Of a DNA stretch of 64,000 bases, positions 1 to 12,622 are shown piece after piece; the first letter of the stretch is position 1, and each line of letters opens with the position of its first letter. The notes below the pieces were generated by a model. That model worked only from the letters and a program-made list of their open reading frames with translations, made no database searches and had not been told where the DNA came from. The stretch is from positions 31,437,474-31,501,473 of the forward strand of contig NC_092396.1 in assembly GCF_030028105.1 (NCBI RefSeq), in the 5' to 3' direction. Origin of the DNA: Mobula birostris (Eukaryota). The position numbers were made by a program, and so were the translations under genes.

Positions 1-3000
1 TGTCGTCAGCAAACTTAAATATGGTGTTTGAGCTGTGCTTAATCTCACAGTCATAGTGTAAATTGTCAATTATCTAATTAAACTAATCCTATGTTATTCC
101 TTTATTAAATTCACTCTGTAGTTGTCCTTAACACTGCAGTGCTGAAATTACTAACATCACTAAGTCCATAGAATCTGCTGTCAACCATCACACTAGGGTT
201 AATTTACAGGGATCGCTTAACCTTTCGACCTACACATCTTTGGATTGTGGGAGGGAAGCAGAGCACATGAGCATAACCCACACTACCTTATGAAGAATGT
301 GTAAACTCCATATAGACAACACCTGCAGTCAGGATTGAATCTGGATCTCTAGTGGTTACGAAGTAGTGGCTCTACTTGCTGTATTGCTGTACTGTCATTT
401 TTTTCTGGTAGTCTCTGTGGTCTCATCAGTCCCTTTCCTTTGTTCATCACCCTGTAATTCATTCTCTCTCAAGTGCCTGTCAATTTCTCCCAGTTCTGGG
501 TAGGTCTGTAGTCTAGTGTAGTTTTGTGTTGTTTTATGTAGTTCAGTGTAGTTTTTGTATTGTTCATGTAGCACCATGGTCCAGAAAAACCTTGTCTCAT
601 TTTTACTGTATACTGTACCAGCAGTTATGGTCGAAATGACAATAAAATGTGACATGACTTGACTTGACCGAGCTACACAAGTTCCGGTTTAAGATGGTGC
701 TGGTGATGCCCGGTGACTACTTATCGACGGCAAATTCCAAAACAAAGAAAACTACTGAATACGTTATTAATAACACTTTATTAATAACGATCACCACTAA
801 CAATGGAGAGGCAAGCGGAGGCGGGAGCAAGGAAAGTCCCGATGTCTGATCGATTTAAACAGCTGGCCGAATTGGAAAGGTCAGGTGCGAGCTGGATCAT
901 GGCGGCAGTGTCCGCGTCCCAGAGCTGTCCAAGGGCGAAGAACAACCCAGTGTTTGGACGATCTTCTTGGTTCTGCTCATTCTCCGCAACGTTGACTCCG
1001 CGCTGCACTGAGCTGAGTCTGTGGCCTGCTCAGGCTGCAGGGAGGCCCGGCTGATTGTCTGTGGTCCCGTGGCATTTACTTGGCTCTGCACTGAACTGAA
1101 GCTGTATCCAGCTCAGGCTGCAGTGATGCCCGGCTCCGTGTCCTTCGTAAAACCTCAGTCCTGAATGCTATTTGCTTACTTCTGTTGTTAGCACGATTTT
1201 CTTTTCTCTCTGCTCACTTGGTTTGATAGTCTTTATCTAATGGTTCTTTTGGAGTTTCTTTGTCTTGCAGCTCTCAGTAAGGAGACGAATCTCAAGGTTG
1301 TATAATGTATACATACTTTGATAATAAATGTACTTTGAAACCAGGGCACCCATGATAATTTGATTAAATTCAACAATATAGTGCTTTTTAAAATAATCCT
1401 TTTATATGACGCCTCCTTAGATCTCTGAAACACCTAAAGGACATATAACAAATTCCCTTTAAAAAGACACACACACACACAAACTATATATGAACACACA
1501 TTTGAGCAATTGATAAAATATTTTAGGTAATTGCTCCTATGATGGTCTCTTATACATTAAACAGTAATTGGTGGAATTAGACAGGCATCATCCAGCATCT
1601 GGAAAAAGAGGAGAAATCCCAGCAGTGTGGATAAGATCCTATGAACCAAAATTCATATCTCAATTACATGCAGCTTGAGGCATTAATGAATCAGAATCCT
1701 TTATTATCGCCAAGTATGTGGAGACATACAGGGAATTTGATGCCGGTTTCCCTGAGCTCTCGCTGTACAGAATCAAAAAGCAGACAGAATCGTGAACTAT
1801 ATACAATAAGGTATACCTGTGTGTGTACAGGTGGACTTGGTTTATCATAGACTAACATTCAAGTGTTCATAAGACCGATGGCATATGGAAAGAAACTGTT
1901 CTTGTACCTATTTGTCCTGGCATACAGTGATCTAAAGCGCCTACCAGAAGGAAGGAGTTGGAACAGGTGATGTCCAGTAATGAACATGTAATATTGGAGA
2001 TTACCCAATGTGAAACCAGAAGTAGCCTAACATGATGTCTGATGTCCCTCCTTGATCAATCACAGAGCCCACACTTGCTTGTTCCTGCAGCAGACCCTGT
2101 AAGCCAAATCGTTGAGTTATGGAAGCATACAGCATGGAAGTGGGCCATTCAGTCAAACTGGTCCTGCCGACCCGCAGGCAGCCCTCTGTATTTAATCTCC
2201 CAGTACTAGGCTTTCTCTGCCTTGGTGACTCAACTACTCATTCAGTTGCTTCTTAAATGTTGTTAATGACCCAGCTTCAACCATTGAGTCAGAAATGCAT
2301 TCCAGGTACTTTCCACTCTCTGGGGGAAGAAGATCCCCTCAGATCTCCACCAGATCTCTTCCCCTTTACATTGTAAATCTAATACCTTTTAGGTTCATCT
2401 GTCTCTGATACAGGGAAAGGTTTCCTGCAGTCTACCCTACTTATGCCCTCATAATTTTATTGACCTCAACCATGTCCTTTTTTCTGCTCGTAACGGAATT
2501 GCACCATCCCAGGGAACATCCTGGTCAATCTCTTCAGCACCTTCTCCACATTATCACATCCTCCTATAACATGGTGACCAAAAACTGCACACTGAGCTGC
2601 AGAGATCTGGGCAATGTTTTATGAAGTTAGAGCATAACCTCTCCCTGCTTCTTGTATTCATTGCCCTGACACATGAGGGCCAGTATCCCACATACATTCC
2701 AACCTTTGCATGCCTGTGTTGCCATCTTCAGGGATCAATGAATGTTGCCAAAACGAAACAGTGATCTGAAAACAAAACAAAAGAACTATAAATACAACAA
2801 ATTGGAAGTAAAAACAGAAAATGCTGTCAACATTCACTATCTGTGGAGAGAGACATAGAATTACTGTTTCTAGTCGTAGTACCTGCATCAGGATGGGATT
2901 GGCCTGATATACTAAAAACAGAAATTAGTCTTCAGAATGCACGTGGAAGTGGACAGTGCATTGGAGCAGCACGGTCGTGTAGTGGTTAGCACAACGGTTT

Positions 3001-4089
3001 ACAGTACCAGCGACCCAGGTTCAATTCCCACTGCTGCCGGTAAGGGATTTTGTATGTTCTCCCCATGACTGGCATTACACAGTCCAAAGATGTGCAGGTG
3101 GTAGGTCATTTTAAATTGTCCTCTGATTAGGCTTGAATTAAATGGGTTGTTGCAGGTCAGTGTGCCTCGACCTATTCCACGCTGTTTCTCAATAAAAGTA
3201 AATATTTGGAGCATAACAAATACAAATTCTTAGAGATAATTGCATTATCTGCTAAAACCACTTGTAATTGTCTCTGTTCGCTCAACGTAGTGTAATCTGT
3301 TGCCCAACCTATTACCGTAGTTCCTCAGAAGAATGATAAGGTGTTTCCAACAACAGATTGCTTGTCTGTGTAGCAGCAATTACATTGTGACCAAGCTATT
3401 TCCTTTGAATTGCGCTTTTTTTTAAACCCCGTTCTCACCACTTTAACATTGCATAATCAGATCCTGGCAGTCTGAAAATTCAATGCCTGTTTGTGTAGCT
3501 TTAATTATGTGTGCACGTGATAAGGGGCTGCTTTACTCCTTTGGAAAGCAAACTCTAAATTGGTGCTGTTGATCGTCACTTTGAATTGTGTGAAATCTGC
3601 AGGGATTATGTGTTTTCACTGTATTTGAGGACCCAAGGGAGAAGGGAACTTGTGTTCCACAAAGACAATACTTGAGTTTAGAAACATGAGAGGTGATTTC
3701 ATGCCTCACATGAAGCTCGGCAAGGTAGATGTGGAGTTAATGTTTCTGCTAGCTTGATTGCTTAGGCTTGGGGTCACAGATCAGACGTTTGAGACAGACA
3801 AGAACCAAGGGTGATTGTCTTTGGAATTTACTGCTCCATTGGGCTGTGGAGGGTCAGTCACTAGATCCTTAGTCACTGAAAGACGTACTGATGGAAAGTT
3901 CAGACATCACTTTGTTCAATGGGTGGAGTAGATGGGGTGGAGAGGCGACAGGCAATTTTTCCCCCACTGTTTCTTAAGTTCTTAAAACTTGGTTCCCCTT
4001 GGGTTATACCTGTATTGCAGACCCCCTGTGAATGTTATTCCACAATACTCAGCTGAGAATGAGTGATAGAATGTGTGAGAATAGTGATA

Positions 4090-4570
4090 GATGGCCCAGT
4101 ACACCACGAGTAAAGCCCTCCCAACCATTGAGCACATCTACATGGAGCACTGTCGCAGGAAAGCAGCATCCCTCATCAGAGACCCCCACCACCCGGGAAA
4201 TGCTCTCTTCTCGCTGCTGCCATCAGGAAAGAAGGTACAGGAGCCTCAGGATTTGCCCCACCAGGTCCAAGAACAGTTACTACCCCTCAATTATCAGGCT
4301 CTTGAAAAAAAGAGGATAATCACACTCACCTATTGAGTTGTTCGCACAACCAAGTTCTCACTTTAAGGACTCTTTATCTTGTTATTTCATGGTCTTGTTA
4401 TTTATTGCTATTTGCACTTACACTTTTTGTTATCTTCTGTGCTCTTGCTCTTTCTTGATCCTATTTACAGTTACAATTCAATAGATTTGCTGAGAATGTC
4501 CATAGGAGAAAGAATCTCAGGCTTGTATGCAGTGACATATATGTACGCTGGCAATAAATTTTTCTTTGAA
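4090..4570 (+). mobile_element. Rex1-like LINE 3' fragment
   Basis: LPTIEHIYMEHCRRKAASLIRDPHHPGNALFSLLPSG is a typical Rex1 ORF C-terminus. Confidence 0.75.
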
Positions 4571-4777
4571 CATAGTCATACCTTAGAATGGTCATATTAG
4601 GCACTTAAGTAGCCTGAGCACTTAAAGATTACTTAGCAAACTATTAAAATTACTACCCCCCCACCCTCTCTTTCCCTGGAGATAATTGCGCGGTATCGTG
4701 GGTGAGGACATCGAGGAGGAGGATTTCAAATGTGTTTGTCAGCTGTAACTTCCTCTCTGTTGTAGCTATTTGGTGCC

Positions 4778-4927
4778 ATGGCAGTGTCACCTCATTCCGA
4801 ATGGGCCCAGAAGGTCGCTGCATTCCGTGCCAGCCCAACACGTTTTCTTGCCAGTACAGCAGCTGAGAACTTTGTGCAAGATCTACTGAGAATCCTTACG
4901 GATGAGAAAATGGGTGAAAATATAAAG
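4778..4927 (+). CDS. AP5B1: AP-5 complex subunit beta-1, first coding exon (50 codons)
   Basis: gccATGg at 4778 translates MAVSPHSEWAQKVAAFRASPTRFLASTAAENFVQDLLRILTDEKMGENIK, resembling the human AP5B1 N-terminus (WAQRLGAFRASPSAF...SEQTK). It ends at AAG|gtacca (phase 0). An acceptor (tcctctctgttgtag, ending 4765) implies an upstream non-coding exon. Too short for the ORF track. Confidence 0.9.
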
Positions 4928-5214
4928 GTACCACATAATTCTGTCCTAAACTAGAAAGGCTCATATATCAAATGTATACAGACTAACAAATTACTGTATT
5001 TACTAATGCATTTATTTTATTCTTAAGATATTAATCATTATTGTAGTTTCACCATCATGGACTGACTTCTGAAACTTCACCCAAGTGGCTAATGGTAACT
5101 CCTCTGCAGATTCGGCAGGTTGAGATGTCATCTGATGTCCACACTTGTACAAACTGCAGCTGGACAAAATTTGGGATAAAGGGAAGTGAGGTTAACTTTC
5201 TGCCCTATTTAATA

Positions 5215-5785
5215 ATTAGTTAGTTACTGTTTGTTACACTGCTGGCATTCAGGACAGCAATGAAGGTCCTCCTGTTTGTCTGTCATTGGCCATCTTCTCT
5301 ATTGTGCCCCGGTGTGTGGTTCAGGGTCCTCATCTCTGCCTCTACGGTATGGTGCCGAGTTGTCTTTGGTCTCTCGCGTTTCCTCCACCCTTCGGGGTCG
5401 TACATTCCAAAAACCACTTTTGGCCTTGGTCTAGGTGGTGTTCGGGGCTTCCTTCATCGTGCCAGTAGCTTCCTCGCAGTTTTCACTATGATCAGTCATG
5501 CAGATCCCAGGAAGACCGTTGCACACAGATATGGCATTTTTCATTGCTGTATCTGTAACAGTTTTTTTGAACAGTCAGGGTTGTTAGCCCTGAGCTGAAC
5601 CCCTGAACCTGGAGGACCAGTGGACCACTCTTAGTCTGGCCCCTACCCTTTAATCTTTTTGGCATGGGTTACCCTACCAAGAGTCAAAGCACAAGGCCCC
5701 GACTCCAACCAACATAGCTCTCCAGTTCATTGAGACACGCAAGTCTCTAAACTCTACGACAAGGCTGTGGTCCTCTTGGAGAATC
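5215..5785 (-). mobile_element. RTE-like non-autonomous retroelement in the AP5B1 intron
   Basis: (AACT)n tail at about 5215-5228 and a decayed RTE-like ORF 3' end. Confidence 0.5.
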
Positions 5786-7473
5786 CCCTAATTAATAACT
5801 TCTGTTAATTTAGCAGTAGTCAAGGATTAATCCCAGAGCTTTATCAATTTGACTTCTTTGTTCATAACTTTTTAAGGAAAGACATTTGTTCATAAGTCCA
5901 CTCACCCCAGGAAACAGAATATAATATATTTTCACCAAGGTTAACACTTTGCAGTCAGTTCAAGTTCAGATTTTCTCAGAGTTGCAACCCACAGAAGATA
6001 TGAATCCTGAAAATAAAAAGCAGCAATGTAAAGTTAACCACATCATTATCTCTGCTGTCTTTCAATGTTGCCAACACGAGGAATGCAGAATCTAGAAATG
6101 GACGAACCATTGTCCTGCAGTTAACTTCCATCTGCCCTTTTGTAGTTTTTAAACCCAAGTTAATTGTGTTTTTTTCTGCACACCTTAATCTCCTGCCCTA
6201 AGTGTTGACCCCTCTCCCCACATCCTCAACATGTTGAAATCAAGATGCCTAGCAACATTTCACACTTGCTTATCCCCAGAACCTCTTAATGGTACCAACA
6301 GTCACTCCTTACTTTTACAGTATACAGCCTTTTGAAATACAAGTTTTTCACATCCAGTTGATGATTCCTGATTTACCTAATTTATGTCCTAGTAATATTA
6401 TATAAGATTGTTCCCTTTTTCCAAGGTCCAGAACTTTTAGTTATGCTCCTTGATGGTTCTGGATAAAAATGTTCAATGGACTTGTGAAAGAACAGTAGAA
6501 TTTTATGGAAGATGCAACATGGTTTCATGTAGCACCATGGTCCTGAAAAACGTTGTCTTGTTTTTATTGTGTACTGTACCAGCAGTTATGGTTGAAATGA
6601 CGATAAAAAGTGACTTGACTTGAACAGAACATATCAAAACAAGAAACGGGCAGAAATAAGCCTTTGAACATTTTTTTGTCAATTTAGTGGATTGATCCAA
6701 TCTTGGACTCAGCATCACCTCCCCATGCTCTCTCATACCTTCTACCTCCCTTATCTATCTGTCGTTTCCATCTTGAATTATTTGATGAATCCACCTTCAC
6801 AGTTCTGAAGTAGAGAATTCCAGAGATACACTACCTACTGAAAGAAAAAATCCTCCTCATCTCCCTTTGAGATCGACAGCCCTTTATTCTGAAGCTGTGC
6901 CTCCTAGTTCCAGTTAACTCCATAAGGAGAACAGCCTCTCCAACAGCCATCCTGCCCAACCCATTCAAATTTTTATGTTTCAATACGATCACCTCTCGCA
7001 CTGTGGTTAGCACAGTGCTTGACAGTACCAGCGGCCCTGGCTTAATCCCACCACTGCCTGTAAGGAGTTTGTACGTTCTCCCTGTGACCACATGGGTGTC
7101 CTGCCACAGGCAAAGACGTAGCAGTTTGTAGGTGATTGCAAATTGTCCCATGATTAGGCTTGGATTAAATTGGGGGTTTGCTGGGAGGCACGGCTCAAAG
7201 GCCTATTCAGTATTATCTCAATAAATAAATAAATAAATTTCTTTTGTACTCCACTGGCCCATCTCCCTTCATTGCAGCAATCAACATTGAAATCTCTCTG
7301 TGTGCTGCTTCCAATGCTTGTATATCCTTCCATGTGTATGGAGACCAAATGTGTACAGAGTATTGTAGGTGAGGTCTCATTAGCGCTCTGTAAGAGGTCA
7401 ACGTTCCAATAGCCTTCACAAGTACTTGTGTCTGCATTCAAACTTGTGATTTTTAAGATAACTGTGTATATTT

Positions 7474-7630
7474 ACAACACACGAAAAATGCTGGAGGAAC
7501 TCAGTAGGTCAGGCAGCCTCTATGGAGCGGAATAAGCAGTCGGTGTTTTGAGCTAAGGCCCTTCATCAGGACTCAGTATTTCGTGTGTGTTGCTCTGGAT
7601 TCATGCATCTGCAGAATTTCTTGTGTTGAC
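7474..7630. mobile_element. Penelope-like pseudo-LTR remnant with inverted ends and a degenerate hammerhead
   Basis: It begins acacacgaaaaatgctggaggaactcag and ends cagtatttcgtgtgtgttg...gcatctgcaga. The minus strand reads CTGATGA-AGGGCCTTAGCTC-AAAA at 7537-7574. Probable TSD gtgt(a/t)tattt at 7464-7473 and 7631-7640. Confidence 0.75.
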
Positions 7631-7649
7631 GTGTTTATTTCCATTTCAG

Positions 7650-10280
7650 GTGCAGATTCTGGGCATTCTTCAGGAGTTTCCAAATTCGTTGTTCACCAGC
7701 TCGCAGTCAGCAGAAAGGGCAGTGGAATCAATCTTCAACATCTATTTGCAGCTGCCGCTGGTACTTAAGTTACTTAGTCTGAAATGCCATCTACTGCTGT
7801 CTGTAACCACCGTGGTAATTTCCACCGACCATCTGATTAGTGATCAGAAGGTATTGAAGAACTTGATGAAGCAGCTGTTCAATGTGGTGTGCGACTCAAA
7901 CGATCACAAAAGCGGTGTGAACTTTAGGCCTCTCAGGGCCATGGCATGCAACTGCCTTCGAGAATTTGAAACTTGCTATCCAGGTCTCCTGTCGGGGAAA
8001 CTGGAGCTTCTGTCTACCCTGCGGAAAGAAGAGGTGACTCCTTTGCACCAAGCCTACACACTGCTGTACAGCCAGGCATTGAAAAATGCCATTCACACCG
8101 TCTCACAGGTGCATAATGCTTCTGAGGGGGCCATTCGTGAGATGCTGGTACGGAATGAGGAGATCAAGTGGAAGGTGATGGAGAAACAACGTGATTTGGC
8201 AGCTGTCACTATAACAACTAATTTCTCGTTGATGACTTCTGCTGATGAGACAAAGGAGTTGAAGTCTTGTATATCATTACTGCTGGAAGAATGCTTCCTC
8301 CTGACTCCAGTATCTCAAGCTGTCTTGCTTCGAGATTTGGCCCAGGTCGTAATTATGGTGCACTCACTTTCTCCAGCAATTTTCAGGTCACAGATATTGC
8401 GTCTGTTTGGGACAATGGATATATCCTTACTGCACACCATATTGTACATGAAAACAACCTTCACTGACAGCCTTTTCACAGGTGAGGACGAGAACCTCCT
8501 TTTGAAACGGCTAGTCGTAATGGCCCAACACCCACTGCTCAACGTTCCTCTCAAACTCTTCTACATGGACTGTCTGCTCCACTTTCCTGAAAACCGTCCC
8601 ATTAACTCTAACCTGGAGGAGAACCTTCCGGTTACATTCACCTCAAGGATGGCGAATTGCCTGTTCCCCACCCTCTTTAACGACAGCAGTACAATGCTGG
8701 CTCGTCTCAATCTGTTGAGTCTTGTGTGCCTTGAGAGTACAGATGAAGAAAGAGGGGTCACTGAGATCTTTGATTATCTGATGTCTTTGTACAAACTGGT
8801 GGACATTAGTGGAAATAGGGAGCGAATAGTAACATTTTTCCAAGCCATGTACATATTTGTGGGGCATTTCTATTCTAATGAAGAGTACATGTCACAGTGG
8901 ACTAACCATATGGTCCAGTTGTACAAAAAACATTGCAGCTTAGCTCCACATATGATAAACCTTTTAGATAGTACCCAGAACCTATTGGAAGATTGTAAGT
9001 GGTCTGTTTCACTGGCAGGGGCCCTGCAGAAGCTAGTAGTGGAACTCCCGTTTCAGCACTTGACCCCTTCTAATCTCATGTGGCACCTCAAAATCCTGGC
9101 TAGAGTGGCCAAAGAAAGCACAATAGCACAGAAGGCAACCATTCAGTTCCTGCTGAGAGTTGTTCAGGCGTCCGACTTGTGTGAGCGGGGGGACTGGCGA
9201 ATGGGGAATGCCATCCTGTCCGTGTGTAGGAACATCTTGCACTGTCAGAATCTGGAGCCCACCTTCAGGGACCTGGCAGACCTCTTGCAGCACATCCACC
9301 TCTGGTTCCAAGATATCGACATCCAGGACCACGCTCACTTATATTATGCGCTACTCACTTGTCTCTCTGGCGAGAAGCTGGCAGGGGTTGTGGCGGCGGG
9401 ACCAGGCAACTGTAGTCAGGCCAAAATGCGCTCACTTTCCCTGATGGCAGAAAGTGCAGGCTCCTCAATCTCCATTCTTCCAATTAAGCACCCAGTACTA
9501 CAGCTGACTCCTTTTCCAGAAGACAATTCTCCCACTGTCAGTCCTCCTGGAGAAACCAGTGACCAGGACCTCGAAATAGATTACTTTGAGCAATACTTGG
9601 ATCAGTTTCATGATCCTGGATTTGTTTCTACAATTGAACAGAAATTTTATTTGAGTTTTACAGAGGAAGTTGATCCTCATTTTCACAAGCTCTTTACCAT
9701 ACATGTACACTTTGACTTGCAGAACTCCCACTATGAATCATTGAGTGATCTTCATGTACCCTGTCTTCTCTTCAACAAAGAGCCTCATGTTTTCTCCCTG
9801 GTGTTCAAGCCTCGGTTACCCTTCCCTTTCACTTTACACACCAACGCCATCTTTACCACAGAGGACGGTGACACTTACTGCAGTCAGCTTGAGCCTGCTG
9901 ACATTGATTTCCCACGGCTCTTCCTGCCCTTTCCAGTGCCTCTCAGTTGGCCATCGGATGTCAAGGCTAGCCTTTTTAACAAGCTGTGGGCATCATTGAT
10001 CCAAACTGAATCCACCCAATCTGCTCTCAGTCGTTTCTGCTTTAAGACGGTCCAAAGATCTCTTTGTGAGCTTGTACAGTCACATTTTCAGAAGTACGTG
10101 GTCTCACAACGTACAGAACCAGAATCTTACAAAGTTTTTCTCTTCCTGCCCCCGCGCATCAATATTTTATTCCAACTAGAACAAATGGATGATATTGTGA
10201 AGGTTGATATAGTCACAAATGACTGGAAACTTTTACCATTCATTAATTCTTACCTTCTGGACGTGACGTCTGGAAATTAG
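7650..10280 (+). CDS. AP5B1: AP-5 complex subunit beta-1, large second coding exon (876 aa + stop)
   Basis: Acceptor tttccatttcag|GTG at 7649/7650 is in frame with the 897-aa ORF. The motif RPLRAMACNCLREFETCYPGLL matches AP5B1 (human RPLQATACECLRELESCKPGLL). The short-exon plus giant-exon layout with a K|V junction is as in human. Confidence 0.92.
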   Translation: MQILGILQEFPNSLFTSSQSAERAVESIFNIYLQLPLVLKLLSLKCHLLLSVTTVVISTDHLISDQKVLKNLMKQLFNVVCDSNDHKSGVNFRPLRAMACNCLREFETCYPGLLSGKLELLSTLRKEEVTPLHQAYTLLYSQALKNAIHTVSQVHNASEGAIREMLVRNEEIKWKVMEKQRDLAAVTITTNFSLMTSADETKELKSCISLLLEECFLLTPVSQAVLLRDLAQVVIMVHSLSPAIFRSQILRLFGTMDISLLHTILYMKTTFTDSLFTGEDENLLLKRLVVMAQHPLLNVPLKLFYMDCLLHFPENRPINSNLEENLPVTFTSRMANCLFPTLFNDSSTMLARLNLLSLVCLESTDEERGVTEIFDYLMSLYKLVDISGNRERIVTFFQAMYIFVGHFYSNEEYMSQWTNHMVQLYKKHCSLAPHMINLLDSTQNLLEDCKWSVSLAGALQKLVVELPFQHLTPSNLMWHLKILARVAKESTIAQKATIQFLLRVVQASDLCERGDWRMGNAILSVCRNILHCQNLEPTFRDLADLLQHIHLWFQDIDIQDHAHLYYALLTCLSGEKLAGVVAAGPGNCSQAKMRSLSLMAESAGSSISILPIKHPVLQLTPFPEDNSPTVSPPGETSDQDLEIDYFEQYLDQFHDPGFVSTIEQKFYLSFTEEVDPHFHKLFTIHVHFDLQNSHYESLSDLHVPCLLFNKEPHVFSLVFKPRLPFPFTLHTNAIFTTEDGDTYCSQLEPADIDFPRLFLPFPVPLSWPSDVKASLFNKLWASLIQTESTQSALSRFCFKTVQRSLCELVQSHFQKYVVSQRTEPESYKVFLFLPPRINILFQLEQMDDIVKVDIVTNDWKLLPFINSYLLDVTSGN

Positions 10281-10666
10281 CACACAGGCTTGCTGCAAAA
10301 CTGGTCATCTGAGTGAGACATTGCAGTAAACTAGTTTTAGTGCTATTCTGGGTGCAAACATTTTTATTCAAAGTATAAAAATAACTGTGAAATATTGCTG
10401 AGTGAAAGCTATCTGTTATAAGGCACTGCAGGCGAGACATTTTCAAATGCAAGATTCAACATTATTGCAATTCTGTTTTGGTTATTACAAAGGAACATGT
10501 ATAAAGGTCTAAGGATTTACTAAAAATGCTGGAAATTTTATTTTTCAGACCAGAACTATTGCTATTTTAGTGCTTTATCTGATTTATTAATCGTAACTCA
10601 GATAATGATAGACATGCTTTTTGCTGACAGATGCACTTTAAGTTTCAGTTCCTTATCCCTGTATAG

Positions 10667-10745
10667 CAGGGGTTCCCAGCCTTTTTTATGCCATGGACCC
10701 CTACAATTAACCGAGGGGTTTGTGGACCCTGGGTTGGGAACCCTG
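10667..10745. mobile_element. hAT (Charlie-like) MITE, 79 bp
   Basis: TIRs CAGGGGTTCCCA...TGGGAACCCTG; 8-bp TSD ctgtatag/ctgtacag. Confidence 0.82.
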
Positions 10746-10835
10746 CTGTACAGCAATTTCTTCTGAATGTTTCGAGATACCAGCAGGTTATTTAATCAGT
10801 CTTGGCGCTGATGCCCATGCAAATGGACTGTGGAG

Positions 10836-10982
10836 AATAAATTACTTTCAGGAAAGGAGGAAGGAAATGATGTGTGAAAAATAGTTAGCTCAAATTCATT
10901 ATGTTCTGGCAATAATACTGATCAATATATGTGGCTTTCTTTTTAACTTACTTGATTCAGCGTTGCATATAAAGAGAATAAA
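10836..10982 (+). terminator. Candidate AP5B1 polyadenylation signals
   Basis: AATAAA at 10836-10841 and 10977-10982, downstream of the TAG at 10280. Confidence 0.45.
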
Positions 10983-11177
10983 AATAACTTATTTTTATAC
11001 AGGGTTCAGTACTCTCCCAACATTGAAAAGGATTTAATGTTTTCATATGACATAAAGCAGGCCATTTGGCCCATCGCTGTCCCTCTAAACGTTCCCATCA
11101 GTGCCAATTCCCATAACCTTTTCACTCTCATATGCTCCATAAATCCGAACTGGATTTCCTTTGAAATTTCAGACTCT

Positions 11178-11679
11178 TACTTACTTTAGATTAGATTATG
11201 AGGACAGTCAGTCCTCGTTTATTGTCATTTAGAAATGCATGCATTAAGAAATGATACAATGTTCCTCCAGAGTGATATCACAAAAAAAAGGACAAACCAA
11301 AGACTAACACTGACAAGACCACATAATTATAACATATAGTTACAGCAGTGCAAAACAATACCATAATTTGATAAAGAGCAGACCATGGGACCGGTAAAAA
11401 AAAGTCTCAAAGTTCCGATCGACTCCCGATAGTCCTTGATAGCAGGCGGCAGAAGGGAGAAACTCTCTCTGCCATAAACCTCCAGGCACTGACAACTGTC
11501 GATGCATTGGAAGCACCCGACCACAGCCGACTCTGAGTCTGTCTGAAAGCTTCGAGCCTCCGACCAGCCCCTCTGATACAGCCTCCTGAGTCCCATCCTC
11601 TGCCGAGCGCTTCGACCCCACCCCGGCCGCCAAGCAACGAGCAAAGCCGAGGACTCAGGGCCTTCTCCTCCGGAGTTAA
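11178..11679 (-). mobile_element. CpG-rich non-autonomous retroposon fragment with 7-bp TSD
   Basis: AGACTCT at 11171-11177 and 11680-11686, with a short tandem-repeat tail at the left end. Confidence 0.65.
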
Positions 11680-11839
11680 AGACTCTGAATGGAAGAAAAG
11701 GCAAATCAGCAGTTTCTGAGGGGCTGCTACTAAATATGTTTAAGACTAAAATTCACAGTGCGGAACAAAATAAGAACAGACAGTTCAACATAAACTTGAC
11801 GCTCATGCCTTTCTGAAGGTGACAAACAAATGCTGATAG

Positions 11840-12622
11840 CACTGGACAACACATTTTTTCAAAAGTGTTGCTTCCTCAGAATTGTTTTTTCTTTATGATA
11901 GACCACTTGAAGCTGAACACAAATATAATTTCAGTCTACTTGTATCACGTAGGAATTGGGAGAAACAAGTAATTAACTTTTATTGAATATAATGTGTTTA
12001 ATTGTATAACAGTGCTGACACTTTCCAATAGTTCAACTAAGCTGAAAATGTTTTGTTGATGATTTTCATTTGTACTCAGTGTCTGAGGATTCTCACTTAA
12101 GTGTCCAACAAAAATAAGCCGGATTGATGGATTCCAGTTGCCCTGATAAACCGTTTCTCCATGACCATAATCTCCTGGTGAAACCTTTCACCATCCTCGT
12201 AACTCACTGTGCCAAGCTTTGCAGGAAAGAAGTCTAAATGGAAATGCAGAAAATGAGTCATTAGTGATATCTTGTACTTCATGGTTTTGTATGCTTGAAG
12301 GAGATTGTCGATCAGTTGCATGTAGCTTGGTGCTCTACAGTTGCCAAAAAAAATTTCAGCAACTTCCTTGAATGCCTTCCATGTGATTTTTTTTCCCCCG
12401 GTCCTGCTAGAAGTTCTTCACATTGCCCATCATTGATGAGCTGCTTGATTTGTGGACCAATAAAAATGCCTTCCTTAATCTTGCCCACAGATATTCTGAC
12501 TTGGATTGAAACTAGGTGATTTTTTTTTTTTAAAAATGCTGTGTGATAGGGAAATTTCGTGGTAGTTTTCCTGATTTTCAAAATCCATATGATATACCCA
12601 AAAGTGTTCAGGAAGCAAAATC
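11840..12622 (-). mobile_element. DNA transposon remnant, probably Chapaev3-like (CMC superfamily)
   Basis: Frameshifted transposase C-terminus KIKEGIFIGPQIKQL...LLQAYKTM...HFLHFHLDFFPAKLGTVSYEDGERFHQEI..MEKR. A putative terminus CACTGGACAAC lies at 11840. The family assignment is from recalled motifs. Confidence 0.6.

Noticed and set aside
684-1150. CpG-rich stretch as an AP5B1 promoter or small gene
   Set aside because: It is continuous with a Rex1-type 3' tail and resembles the element at 38203-39035. The short ORFs have no recognisable product. A promoter role cannot be supported from sequence alone.
7587-7649. N-terminal 21 aa of the 897-aa ORF
   Set aside because: This is intronic/PLE sequence upstream of the acceptor. 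The real N-terminus is the exon at 4778-4927.
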